25,017 nt of DNA from Fimbriimonadales bacterium. Lineage in GTDB: Bacteria; Armatimonadota; Fimbriimonadia; Fimbriimonadales; ATM1. The notes under the pieces were generated by a model. That model saw nothing but the letters and a program-made list of their open reading frames with translations. It did no database searches and had not been told where the DNA came from. Numbering within the stretch: the stretch's first letter is position 1; the number at the start of each line of letters is the position of its first letter. The stretch is from NCBI GenBank assembly GCA_041744215.1, contig JBGTLG010000037.1, forward strand, positions 1 to 25,017. Reading direction: 5' to 3'. Positions 1 through 7,547 of this stretch are shown here, piece by piece. The translations under genes and the position numbers were made by a program.

Positions 1-1
1 T

Positions 2-31
2 TGCCGAGATATTGCCGAGAGAGTGCCGAGA
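2..31 (+). repeat. Short imperfect tandem repeat, core TGCCGAGA x3 with 11-bp period
   Basis: TGCCGAGA occurs at 2-9, 13-20 and 24-31. The array may continue beyond the window edge. Confidence 0.7.
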
Positions 32-216
32 GTATGGTGGCGGGTTGGAGTTGGGGTGGGGTCGGTTTCGGTTTGGGTAGGCTTCGGTTGTGATTGAATC
101 AGATTTGGACTCGCCGGGTCGGCGGCTCAGGGAGGCGATGGGTGGCCTCGTCAACTGCTTCCGTGCGTGGCGTAACACGAACTGAATGTGACGACCGGGT
201 GGCACTGACAGATTCT

Positions 217-480
217 TCAACAAACTTCGTAAGCGCACTGCGCCGAAAGAATCTGTCTGTGAACTGCTGAGCACACCATCATCCCGCTGCCGATCAGACT
301 GGCTGCGTCACAACAGGTTGACTTCTGCCCCTCCCACGGACTTAACCGACGGCGGCCCTGTACGAGAACGAATGCGTCCTTACTGATCGAGACTCCGCAC
401 CACACCCAGCCAGCGAGTTCAAGAAACTGCGTTAACAATAATAAACAGTGATGAGTTCGATGAGTGTGAGGAGCCCAATG
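217..480 (-). pseudogene. Probable degraded prepilin-type N-terminal cleavage/methylation (pilin/pseudopilin) gene remnant
   Basis: The minus strand from 476 reads G-L-L-T-L-I-E-L-I-T-V then hits TAA. Removing one T from each of two GTTT runs gives TLIELITVIIVNAVLELAGWVW, similar to the GFTLIELLVVIAIIAIL consensus, and joins the 217..507 ORF frame. The 3' extent is uncertain. Confidence 0.4.
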
Positions 481-598
481 AGCCGCTGACATCTCTTCGT
501 CAACCAACGAAATCGCAGCTTAGCTACCAACAGCGGCAGGATGCTAGCTCTCAGACACCGCGTGACATCAATTGCGTGGCGGCCCCGTCTTAGATAAA

Positions 599-1276
599 GT
601 GACCCTAAAGCTCGCTGCCGCTGTCCTTTTGCTCTTCCCTGCCGCTGTTGCCGGCGGCCAGAACCTAAGCCTTGAAACCAACAGCCAGATCGCCGAGCGG
701 ATCCGCACACTCGCCGAAACCGCCGGCAGCTACGACGAACAAGTCGAGCTGACTTGGCTGCTCGTTACGCGAACTGTCAACGGCGACGAGGCGGCGCACC
801 GCCTCGCACGGCCCCACGCCGAGCGGCTGAAGAGCCTCGATGCCTTGAGCTATCGCGCGCATTTCGCGTTTGGATTTTGTCGGGGCAAAGAGGCGTTCGA
901 AACGCGCGACCCTGTGCTGAAGCGGCGGCGGATCGACGAGGCACGCCGAGCAATGACTACCGCGCAGGAGATTGGAGCGAGGGACCCGAAGTTCCTGATG
1001 GAGTCGGGTGTCGCGCAGGCGTCGCTGCCGACAGAGATCGACCTGCACCGCCAGAGCGTGAACGCGCTGACTGTCGCGCGGCGTGAGATGGGCAATCGGT
1101 TTGCCGAACTGCCCGCTGTTCGCCGGTGCGAGTGGTATTGGGCGATGGGAACCGGTTTTGCTCGCTCAGGGCTCGACGAGCCTGCGCGCGATCACTTTCG
1201 CATCGCCTATGAGATCGCGCCAGATTCATTGTTTGGTCGCCTGGCGATCAACTGGGTCCGCGCCAAAGGCGGTTAG
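599..1276 (+). CDS. Exported alpha-helical TPR-like hypothetical protein
   Basis: ORF 572..1276; GTG at 599 gives a signal peptide (MTLKLAAAVLLLFPAAVAG-). TPR-like helix pairs include WYWAMGTGFARSGLDEPARDHFRIAYEIAPDS. Confidence 0.7.
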   Translation: MTLKLAAAVLLLFPAAVAGGQNLSLETNSQIAERIRTLAETAGSYDEQVELTWLLVTRTVNGDEAAHRLARPHAERLKSLDALSYRAHFAFGFCRGKEAFETRDPVLKRRRIDEARRAMTTAQEIGARDPKFLMESGVAQASLPTEIDLHRQSVNALTVARREMGNRFAELPAVRRCEWYWAMGTGFARSGLDEPARDHFRIAYEIAPDSLFGRLAINWVRAKGG

Positions 1277-1695
1277 CTTTCTTTCGCGCCGTCTTTGATC
1301 CAGTCGACGATGACTTGAATCTGCGCATCTGTCAAAGGCTCGTTAGGGGCTGGCGGCATCTTGTCGGTGCCCTTTGCGCCGCGAATCGCCTTGACGACGA
1401 GGCTGTTCTCTGGATCGCCGGGAATCACGACTGCGCCGTGCTCTCCGCCCTTCATTAGTGAGGCGTAACTGTTGAGGTCGAGCTGCTCTTGCGCTTCCGG
1501 CCCCGTGTGGCAGAGGACGCAGTTGTCCTTTAGGATCGGTTCGATCATCGCAAATCCGGCGGGTTGTGGCACCGGGGCGGTCTGCTCGGTTTGAGCGGGC
1601 GCCGGCTCCGGCATAGGTTCCGGCTCGGGTTCGCTGGCGTGGCACGCCCCGACGACAACCGCTACACTGACTAAGAAGGGCCAATGAGTTTTCAT
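1273..1695 (-). CDS. Monohaem c-type cytochrome lipoprotein (Planctomycete cytochrome c, PSCyt1-like domain)
   Basis: Lipobox-like VVGAC, Pro/Glu-rich linker, haem motif CVLCH, family-typical LDL.SY..L.KGG..GAVVIPGDPENS, and distal Met in KMPP. Confidence 0.88.
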   Translation of the reverse strand: MKTHWPFLVSVAVVVGACHASEPEPEPMPEPAPAQTEQTAPVPQPAGFAMIEPILKDNCVLCHTGPEAQEQLDLNSYASLMKGGEHGAVVIPGDPENSLVVKAIRGAKGTDKMPPAPNEPLTDAQIQVIVDWIKDGAKES

Positions 1696-1715
1696 GGTGA
1701 AGCGACGATACCCCG

Positions 1716-1731
1716 CGAGACACTTGTCTCG
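1716..1731. promoter_or_regulatory. Inverted repeat, candidate operator upstream of the cytochrome c gene
   Basis: CGAGACA-CT-TGTCTCG lies 5 bp upstream of a minus-strand TATCGT -10-like box (1705-1710). Confidence 0.3.
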
Positions 1732-1756
1732 GCAGCCCGTTCTTCTGGGCTAGAGA

Positions 1757-2677
1757 CTACTTCGCGTCGATCTCGCGCACCGGCTCCCACGTTAGGGCGT
1801 CGAGCAGAATGATCGGGCCAGCAATGGACCCGAATGCCACGAGTTTCCCGTTGTGGCTAAAAGCGACGCAGGTGATTCCGTCTCTGCCGGTCTGCATCTC
1901 GCGCAGTCTTGCGCCGGAGCTTGCGTCGAATTCAAGGAGCTTGCCTGTGCGAGTGCCGGTGAGGATCGTTTTGCCATCCGGCGATATGGCGACATCATCG
2001 AACGACTCCGAGTCTTCGATTAGCCTGTACTTTCGCTCGCCCGTCGCCGCATCGAGTCCGTGCAGCGCCCCGTTAAGCGTGACCGCGACGAGAAGCGACG
2101 ATCCAGGCGCGAACGCGAGCGCGGAGATGTCGCCGTGGAGTGCCGTCAATGACCGGAGAAGCTTGCCCGTGTCCTTGTCCCAGAGGCGCACGCTTTTGTC
2201 CGGGCCGCCTGCGGCGACGGTCTTCCCGTCGGCGCTCAGCGCGACTGCATAAGCGTCGGATGTCAGGCCGGAGAACTTTCGAATCGAGCGACCAGTCGCG
2301 ACGTCCCAAAGGTGCGCCCGGTTGTCGTAGCCGGCCGTTACGAGTTGCTTCCCGTCCGGGGTGAAAGCAATGCCGACGACATACTCGGTGCCTGCGCTGA
2401 TCGTTCTGATGAGATTAGGTCCAGTCCCCGACCAGATGCGAATCTTTCCGTCGCCGCAACTGGCAGCCATAAGCGCGCCATCTGGACTCCAAGCGATGCC
2501 GGTTATGTTGTGTTTGTGGCCTGGCATCGACCTGCGCAAGGAGCCGTCTGCAACGAGCCACACATTTACATTTGGGTCCCATCCCGCTGCTGCGACAACA
2601 GCGTCATCGGGTCTAAAAGACACGCACTTGACATCCACGGCGATGGGCGTTAGGAGCAGCGCAACACAAGCGATCAT
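1757..2677 (-). CDS. WD40-repeat beta-propeller protein (about 7 blades), probably exported
   Basis: Seven repeats such as GHKHNITGIAWSPDG...GKIRIW, VVGIAFTPDG...AHLWD and AVALSADG...VRLWD. Short hydrophobic N-terminus MIACVALLLTPIA. Confidence 0.92.
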   Translation of the reverse strand: MIACVALLLTPIAVDVKCVSFRPDDAVVAAAGWDPNVNVWLVADGSLRRSMPGHKHNITGIAWSPDGALMAASCGDGKIRIWSGTGPNLIRTISAGTEYVVGIAFTPDGKQLVTAGYDNRAHLWDVATGRSIRKFSGLTSDAYAVALSADGKTVAAGGPDKSVRLWDKDTGKLLRSLTALHGDISALAFAPGSSLLVAVTLNGALHGLDAATGERKYRLIEDSESFDDVAISPDGKTILTGTRTGKLLEFDASSGARLREMQTGRDGITCVAFSHNGKLVAFGSIAGPIILLDALTWEPVREIDAK

Positions 2678-2683
2678 GTGCGG

Positions 2684-2689
2684 ATTATG
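2684..2689 (-). promoter_or_regulatory. -10-like box CATAAT 6 nt before the WD40 ATG (leaderless-type)
   Basis: The minus strand reads CATAAT-ccgcac-ATG with no Shine-Dalgarno. Confidence 0.5.
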
Positions 2690-2717
2690 GCCGCTGGAGA
2701 AGGAGGGTTGGTGCTAG

Positions 2718-2792
2718 TGGAGCCGACAGCCGGATTCGAACCGGCGACCTGCTGTTTACGAAACAGCTGCTCTACCACTGAGCTATGTCGGC
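2718..2792 (-). tRNA. tRNA-Thr(CGT)
   Basis: Cloverleaf GCCGACA/TGTCGGC, D arm GCTC/GAGC, anticodon arm GCTGT-TTCGTAA-ACAGC, T arm GCCGG-TTCGAAT-CCGGC, encoded CCA. A TATCCT -10-like box lies at 2807-2812. Confidence 0.97.
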
Positions 2793-2987
2793 CCAAGGCG
2801 AGCGAGAGGATACCCTGCGGGGGTGCGTCGTGCTGGGGGATTGTTGGAGTCGGTTCCGCTTTTGCTTGTGCATGTTAGGAGCTGACGGCGACGCGCAACG
2901 AGTAGCAATCACCGAAAGAGCTCTCGCCCACGCTCAGGGGTTGACGTGAGTTATAGCTCCGGTTGCGACGGAGTCGAGAATGTCGCG

Positions 2988-3236
2988 TCAGTTTCCGCCG
3001 CACACTTCACAGAGAGTGTAGCCGCTTGTGATCGCATCTTCCAGGCTTTGCATGTCTCCAGCTTGATGTCCATCGACCAGGATCGCTTTGCAGTTGGGTC
3101 GCAGGTGATACCGTGATGTTTCGGGCACGACCCAGACTCCTGGCTGACGACTTACAATCAGGAACAACGCCCCTGCCAGCACAAAGATCACCAGCGCTGC
3201 AGTGATAAGCTTTGGAATCAAGGGTTCACTTGCCAC
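2988..3236 (-). CDS. Small membrane-anchored protein with a C-terminal Ada-like Zn-binding motif
   Basis: One N-terminal TM helix followed by VWV.....RYH....C...SLEDA...GYTLCEVC. Overlaps the ubiX stop by 19 bp. Confidence 0.72.
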   Translation of the reverse strand: MASEPLIPKLITAALVIFVLAGALFLIVSRQPGVWVVPETSRYHLRPNCKAILVDGHQAGDMQSLEDAITSGYTLCEVCGGN

Positions 3237-3781
3237 TCGTTCACAATATCTTGTTCGACTCCGAGGTTCTGAAGGATGCGGGCTACGACGGTGTCAGCGA
3301 GTTCTTCGAGAGTTTTCGGCCGGTAGTACCATGCTGGCGATGCGGGGAGAATCACTGCGCCAGCGTCGTTGGCGGATAGCATGTTTTGAATCACAACGCG
3401 ACTGTAGGGCATCTCGCGCGGAACGAGTATCAATGGGCGACGCTCTTTTAGACAAACATCCGCTGCCCTCGTAAGGAGGTCATCGCTCACACCGTTTGCG
3501 ATTCTGCCGAGTGTGCCCATGCTGCACGGTACAACGACCATGCCATCGTGCCGAAACGAACCGCTAGCTGGCGGCGTAAAGTAGTTTTTTTTGTCGAGGT
3601 GAATCACGCCATCGATAGTGTCGAGGTCTACTTCGAGTTCCGTTCGTGCGACTTGGTCGGCCTGATCGCTCTTCACGACGTAGATCTCCTTGAAGTAGTT
3701 TTTGGCGTGGTGAAGGAAGCGGACGGCATAAATGGCTCCGCTCGCGCCTGTTATGCCGACTACGATCCGCCCGGTGGACAT
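3218..3781 (-). CDS. ubiX: Flavin prenyltransferase UbiX
   Basis: Motifs GITGASG, ASGSF, VVPCSMGTL, RAADVCLKERR, PREMP and PASPAWY; 187 aa. Confidence 0.95.
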   Translation of the reverse strand: MSTGRIVVGITGASGAIYAVRFLHHAKNYFKEIYVVKSDQADQVARTELEVDLDTIDGVIHLDKKNYFTPPASGSFRHDGMVVVPCSMGTLGRIANGVSDDLLTRAADVCLKERRPLILVPREMPYSRVVIQNMLSANDAGAVILPASPAWYYRPKTLEELADTVVARILQNLGVEQDIVNEWQVNP

Positions 3782-3839
3782 TATGCGATTATGGAATAGA
3801 TTTGTGTCTCCGCCCCGTAGCCGCGTATAATTCGATAAG
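3782..3839. promoter_or_regulatory. Divergent ubiX/fmdB promoter region with two -10 boxes next to start codons
   Basis: Minus-strand CATAAT (3788-3793) is 6 nt before the ubiX ATG; plus-strand TATAAT (3826-3831) is 8 nt before the fmdB ATG. No strong SD on either side. Confidence 0.6.
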
Positions 3840-4139
3840 ATGCCGATTTACGAATACCGCCACATCGAACCTGCGCCCGCAGGGTGCGAGGATGAGTTTG
3901 AGGTTATGCAGGGGATCAACGATGAGCCTCTTGGGCATTGCGAGCAGTGTGGCGGAGTGGTCAGGCGAATCGTGAGTATGCCGATGGGTCATATCGAAGG
4001 TGGCAAGCTGACGGATGATCGGATTGCGAAGTCTGGACTGTCGAAGTACGTTCGCTCAGGGGACGGCACTTACGAGCTTGCTGCCGGACCAGACGACGCC
4101 CCCAAGTCGATTGACAGAGACAAGCTCCCAGGCGGCTGA
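3840..4139 (+). CDS. FmdB-family zinc-ribbon protein
   Basis: MPIYEY...C...FEVMQ...DEPL..CEQCGG.VRRIVS signature. The first Cys of the usual N-terminal CxxC is apparently replaced by His, with an inserted loop. Confidence 0.88.
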   Translation: MPIYEYRHIEPAPAGCEDEFEVMQGINDEPLGHCEQCGGVVRRIVSMPMGHIEGGKLTDDRIAKSGLSKYVRSGDGTYELAAGPDDAPKSIDRDKLPGG

Positions 4140-4149
4140 GTCGTCGGAT

Positions 4150-4545
4150 TCAGTCCGCTTTGCTCTCCGGCAATTCCGATTTAACCGGTTCGCTTTCAAG
4201 ATGATGCGTGTAGGGGTCGTACTTCCCTCGGAGTTCGTCGACCTGTGTTCCCTTCCATAGTGGGACGCCCATGAAGTACGCGGCTCGACCGAGAAGGTGT
4301 GCGGGGACGGGCAGCGTCAAAAAAGTAAAAATGGCGATCGCAATGGCCCTGGTGGTGACGCCTGAGTCTTGAAAGGCGACGATTAGGGCGAGCATGAACA
4401 ACATCATTCCAAGGGTTGCCGCCTTTGTTGTCGCGGACATCCTTAAGAAGAGGTCCGGGAATCTTAACAAGCCGATTGCGGCGACCAGCATGAGCAGTGC
4501 GCCAGCGCCGAGCAGGATCGCGCTTATGATTTCTTCAAGTTTCAT
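4150..4545 (-). CDS. mrpG: Multisubunit Na+/H+ antiporter subunit G
   Basis: AIGLLRFPDLFLRMSATTKAATLG and LTLPVPAHLLGRAAY motifs; last gene of the operon. Confidence 0.95.
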   Translation of the reverse strand: MKLEEIISAILLGAGALLMLVAAIGLLRFPDLFLRMSATTKAATLGMMLFMLALIVAFQDSGVTTRAIAIAIFTFLTLPVPAHLLGRAAYFMGVPLWKGTQVDELRGKYDPYTHHLESEPVKSELPESKAD

Positions 4546-4808
4546 ACTCTTCTCTCCAAGTATCTGGCGAACGCGACTGTTCCGAGAAACACGAGCAACC
4601 CGAGCACGATCGCAACGTCGAGATATGCTGATCGACCCGAGCCGATGCAGTAGGTGGCGACGAATCCGATGCCCAAGACGCTCAGAATGTCGAGCGCAAC
4701 GACGCGGTCAGGCAAAGTCGGCCCTTTTATCAAGCGAATCATCACGAGCAGCAAGGCAATCGCGAGGGCAGACATAACTCCGTAGAGGGCGAAGAATTGT
4801 AAAGTCAT
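4542..4808 (-). CDS. mrpF: Na+/H+ antiporter subunit F
   Basis: RLIKGPTLPDRVVALD and FLGTVAFARYL motifs; 4-bp overlaps with both neighbours. Confidence 0.95.
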   Translation of the reverse strand: MTLQFFALYGVMSALAIALLLVMIRLIKGPTLPDRVVALDILSVLGIGFVATYCIGSGRSAYLDVAIVLGLLVFLGTVAFARYLERRV

Positions 4809-5302
4809 GCGAGCAACTCCATTACTCTGCGTTCAAAGTTATCCTTGATGTTCTGGCGAACGGCCTCAAGGTCTTTGGCATTCATTACGTGGATGTATAG
4901 GGTCGAGCGATCGAAGGATACGTCTATGCTTAGCGTTCCTGGTGTGAGCGTGATTAGGTTCGCGAGCAGCGCAATCTCAATGTCAGTCTTCACTTCTAGG
5001 GGAATTGCGATCACTGCCGGGCGGATTGTGAGCTTTGGCGACAGCGCATGGATCACGACGTGCACGTTCGCGATGAGAACCTCTTTCAGGAACCACGAGC
5101 CGAACTTGAGTGCGGTCCAGGGTTTCAAAAGCCACCGCCAGCCCCTTCCATGCGTGCTGGGCGATGTTACTGCACGTGACTCAACGAGCCAGAGGGCCGC
5201 GCCACCGAAGATGAGACCCCATAGATACAGCGCGACGGAGAATTCACCATTGAGTGCGCACCACACGGTAGCAAAAATGATGACCACTACTAGGTAGTTC
5301 AC
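4805..5302 (-). CDS. mrpE: Na+/H+ antiporter subunit E
   Basis: [18 protein letters not shown]....LYIH motif. Confidence 0.95.
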   Translation of the reverse strand: MNYLVVVIIFATVWCALNGEFSVALYLWGLIFGGAALWLVESRAVTSPSTHGRGWRWLLKPWTALKFGSWFLKEVLIANVHVVIHALSPKLTIRPAVIAIPLEVKTDIEIALLANLITLTPGTLSIDVSFDRSTLYIHVMNAKDLEAVRQNIKDNFERRVMELLA

Positions 5303-6795
5303 TTGGAACCTCGCATTACTGCGTCAATGTAGACCTGGGGATTGAGTAGCTCGTCGGAAGCTCGCTGTGCAATGTTGAACGCTGTCTCAGCGCCGAGCCC
5401 GATCGCGATCGTTATAGCTGCGAGAAACACAATCGGCGCGACCATCCAGACGAGCCCAGAAGTATGCGGGTATCCGCTTGGGCCCGGGGTTACAGGCTCT
5501 TTCCAGAAAGCTTCAGCCCAGATCTTTGTCATTGAGAAGAGTGTTAGCAGTCCAACTGCAAGCGCGACCGCAACGACCCAGTATTCGCCGACCTCCAGCC
5601 CAGCGCGGATCAGCGCTAGCTTTGCCCAGAAACCGGAGAGTGGAGGAATTCCGGCGAGGGACATTGCCGGGATCATGAAAAGTATGGCCAGCCACACGTA
5701 GGCCGCGTAGAGCCCGCCGAGTTTCCTTAGGTCATAGGTGCCCGATAAACGGTGGACGACACCGCTCACGAAGAACAGGTTGGCCTTTACGATGATGTGG
5801 TGGAGGATGTAAAAGACCGATCCGGCAATCGCAAGCGGTGTGAAGAGGGCAAGTCCCAACACCATGTAGCCGATTTGGCTGATGATGTGGAAGGAGAGTA
5901 CACGTCTGAAGTCCACCTGGACGGCAGCACCGAGCACTCCAGAAACCATTGTTGCTGCAGCGATGATCAGTAGCGCTGTGTGCGTTAACTGCGGATCATC
6001 TACGAAGATGAGTGTAAACGTGCGGATTAGTGCGTACACGCCGACTTTGGTTAGCAGTCCCGCAAAGACAGCTGAGATCGCTGCTGGGGGCGTGTGGTAG
6101 GACGCCGGCAGCCAGAAGAAGACGGGAAACACTGCGGCTTTGATCCCGAACGCAGCCATGAACAGTATTGCGATGCCGAGGACCACGCCTTGTTGCGGAA
6201 CGTCTCGGAGGTGTACGGCAACATCTGCCATGTTTAGACTGCCTGTCAAACCGTAAATGAGACCGACGGCAGCTACGAGGATCATGGACGCGATCAGATT
6301 AAGCGCGACGTACTTGATCGCCCCTTCCATCTGCGCTTTCTCGCCCCCAAGCGCTATCAGGACGAACGAAGCGATCAGCATCACTTCGAACCAGACGTAG
6401 AGATTGAAAAGGTCTCCGGTTAGAAACGCGCCGCAGATTCCCATCATCAGGATGTGCAGCAGTGAATAGAAGCCGAAGGCTGTCCGTCTGCGTTCGATAT
6501 CTGCAACGGAGTAAATCGATGTTGCGAACGCCATGATGCCTGCAAGTACCAACATGATCGCGCTGAAGACGTCGCAGACGAGAGAGATGCCAAATGGCGC
6601 GGGCCAAGATCCGAGCTGCAGAACCTGGATGCCATCGGTGTAGCAGAGGTGCAGCAACTTGAAGCTGATCAGCATCAGCATAGTGGAGCCGGCAATGCCA
6701 ATCAACCTTTGCAGCAGCACATTGCGCCGCACGAGCATCATGGCGGCTGCTGTCGAGAGCGGAATGAGAATCGGCAGCGCGATCAAGTCATTCAC
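5299..6795 (-). CDS. mrpD: Na+/H+ antiporter subunit D
   Basis: NuoM/N-like membrane protein of 498 aa with [29 protein letters not shown] and LLTKVGVY. Confidence 0.95.
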   Translation of the reverse strand: MNDLIALPILIPLSTAAAMMLVRRNVLLQRLIGIAGSTMLMLISFKLLHLCYTDGIQVLQLGSWPAPFGISLVCDVFSAIMLVLAGIMAFATSIYSVADIERRRTAFGFYSLLHILMMGICGAFLTGDLFNLYVWFEVMLIASFVLIALGGEKAQMEGAIKYVALNLIASMILVAAVGLIYGLTGSLNMADVAVHLRDVPQQGVVLGIAILFMAAFGIKAAVFPVFFWLPASYHTPPAAISAVFAGLLTKVGVYALIRTFTLIFVDDPQLTHTALLIIAAATMVSGVLGAAVQVDFRRVLSFHIISQIGYMVLGLALFTPLAIAGSVFYILHHIIVKANLFFVSGVVHRLSGTYDLRKLGGLYAAYVWLAILFMIPAMSLAGIPPLSGFWAKLALIRAGLEVGEYWVVAVALAVGLLTLFSMTKIWAEAFWKEPVTPGPSGYPHTSGLVWMVAPIVFLAAITIAIGLGAETAFNIAQRASDELLNPQVYIDAVMRGSK

Positions 6796-7139
6796 GAATC
6801 CGTGCTCCTGATCTCATCCAGGTCGTCGGTTCCGACAGATTGATAAACGCGCTTGATCAGAACGATGCTGAACGCCTGCACTCCGAAACCAATTACGATG
6901 GCTGTCAGAACGAGCGCTTGCGGGACAGGGTCCGCGAAAGGTTCAATTGGAATCGTTTCGCCTTTGAGGACGATTGGGGGATTGTAGCGAACGAGTCGAG
7001 CCACTGCGAAGATGAGCAGATTTGTTGCATGGCCAAAGAGCGCCAATCCGATAATCAGCTTGACGATGCTTCGGCGGAGCATCATATAGACTGCCCCGGC
7101 GTATAGCATCCCAATCAGAATCGCAAAAACAAGTTGCAT
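6792..7139 (-). CDS. mrpC: Na+/H+ antiporter subunit C
   Basis: GHATNLLIF and [17 protein letters not shown] motifs. Confidence 0.95.
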   Translation of the reverse strand: MQLVFAILIGMLYAGAVYMMLRRSIVKLIIGLALFGHATNLLIFAVARLVRYNPPIVLKGETIPIEPFADPVPQALVLTAIVIGFGVQAFSIVLIKRVYQSVGTDDLDEIRSTDS

Positions 7140-7547
7140 CTATGATTCCGCCAACGCAAACACGACTGTCAGAACGAAGCCGACGACTACCATGAACACG
7201 CCAAGATCAAAGAGGAGGGGGGTGCCTGCTTTTCCGAGCCCTGGAATCGCTTCCGTTAGCCATATTCCTGTCATGTATGGTTCTGAACCGAGGGCGCCAG
7301 GAACGCCGCTGATTAGCCCCAGAAGCAAGCCTGATCCAAGCAGCGTTCGCGGGTCGACGCGGAGTATGCGCCGTGCTTGTGTCGTTCCCTCTGCTACCGC
7401 ATACAGAACGAATGCGGAGGCCGCGATCAGTCCACCTATGAACCCTCCGCCAGGCTCATTGTGTCCGCGAAAAAGCGCGAACAGCGCAAAGAGCAGCATG
7501 AGCGGCATGAGGAGTCGAGTAGCTGTGGAGAGTATCAGAGACCTCAT
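7140..7547 (-). CDS. mrpB: Na+/H+ antiporter subunit B
   Basis: [14 protein letters not shown] and [13 protein letters not shown] motifs. Separate from mrpA, so the operon is group 1. Confidence 0.95.
   Translation of the reverse strand: MRSLILSTATRLLMPLMLLFALFALFRGHNEPGGGFIGGLIAASAFVLYAVAEGTTQARRILRVDPRTLLGSGLLLGLISGVPGALGSEPYMTGIWLTEAIPGLGKAGTPLLFDLGVFMVVVGFVLTVVFALAES

Noticed and set aside
2..31. CRISPR array or iteron origin
   Set aside because: The unit is only 11 bp with 3-nt variable gaps, and there is no cas or rep gene in the window.
217..710. ORFs 217..507 and 432..710 as intact genes
   Set aside because: Neither resembles a full protein, and 432..710 is partly antisense to the TPR gene. 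They are better explained as pieces of a decayed pilin-like sequence or as noise.
1560..1640. GGCTCCGG/GGTTCCGG-like short repeats
   Set aside because: They are explained by the EPEPEPMPEPAP linker of the cytochrome lipoprotein.
2678..2878. ORFs spanning the tRNA genes (2678..2878 and 9879..10082)
   Set aside because: They are translations through tRNA sequence and not plausible proteins.
2880..2990. 6S RNA or SRP RNA
   Set aside because: The paired region is only about 110 nt, short for 6S, and lacks the SRP helix-8 GGAA/GCAGC motif. It is kept only as an unassigned structured segment.
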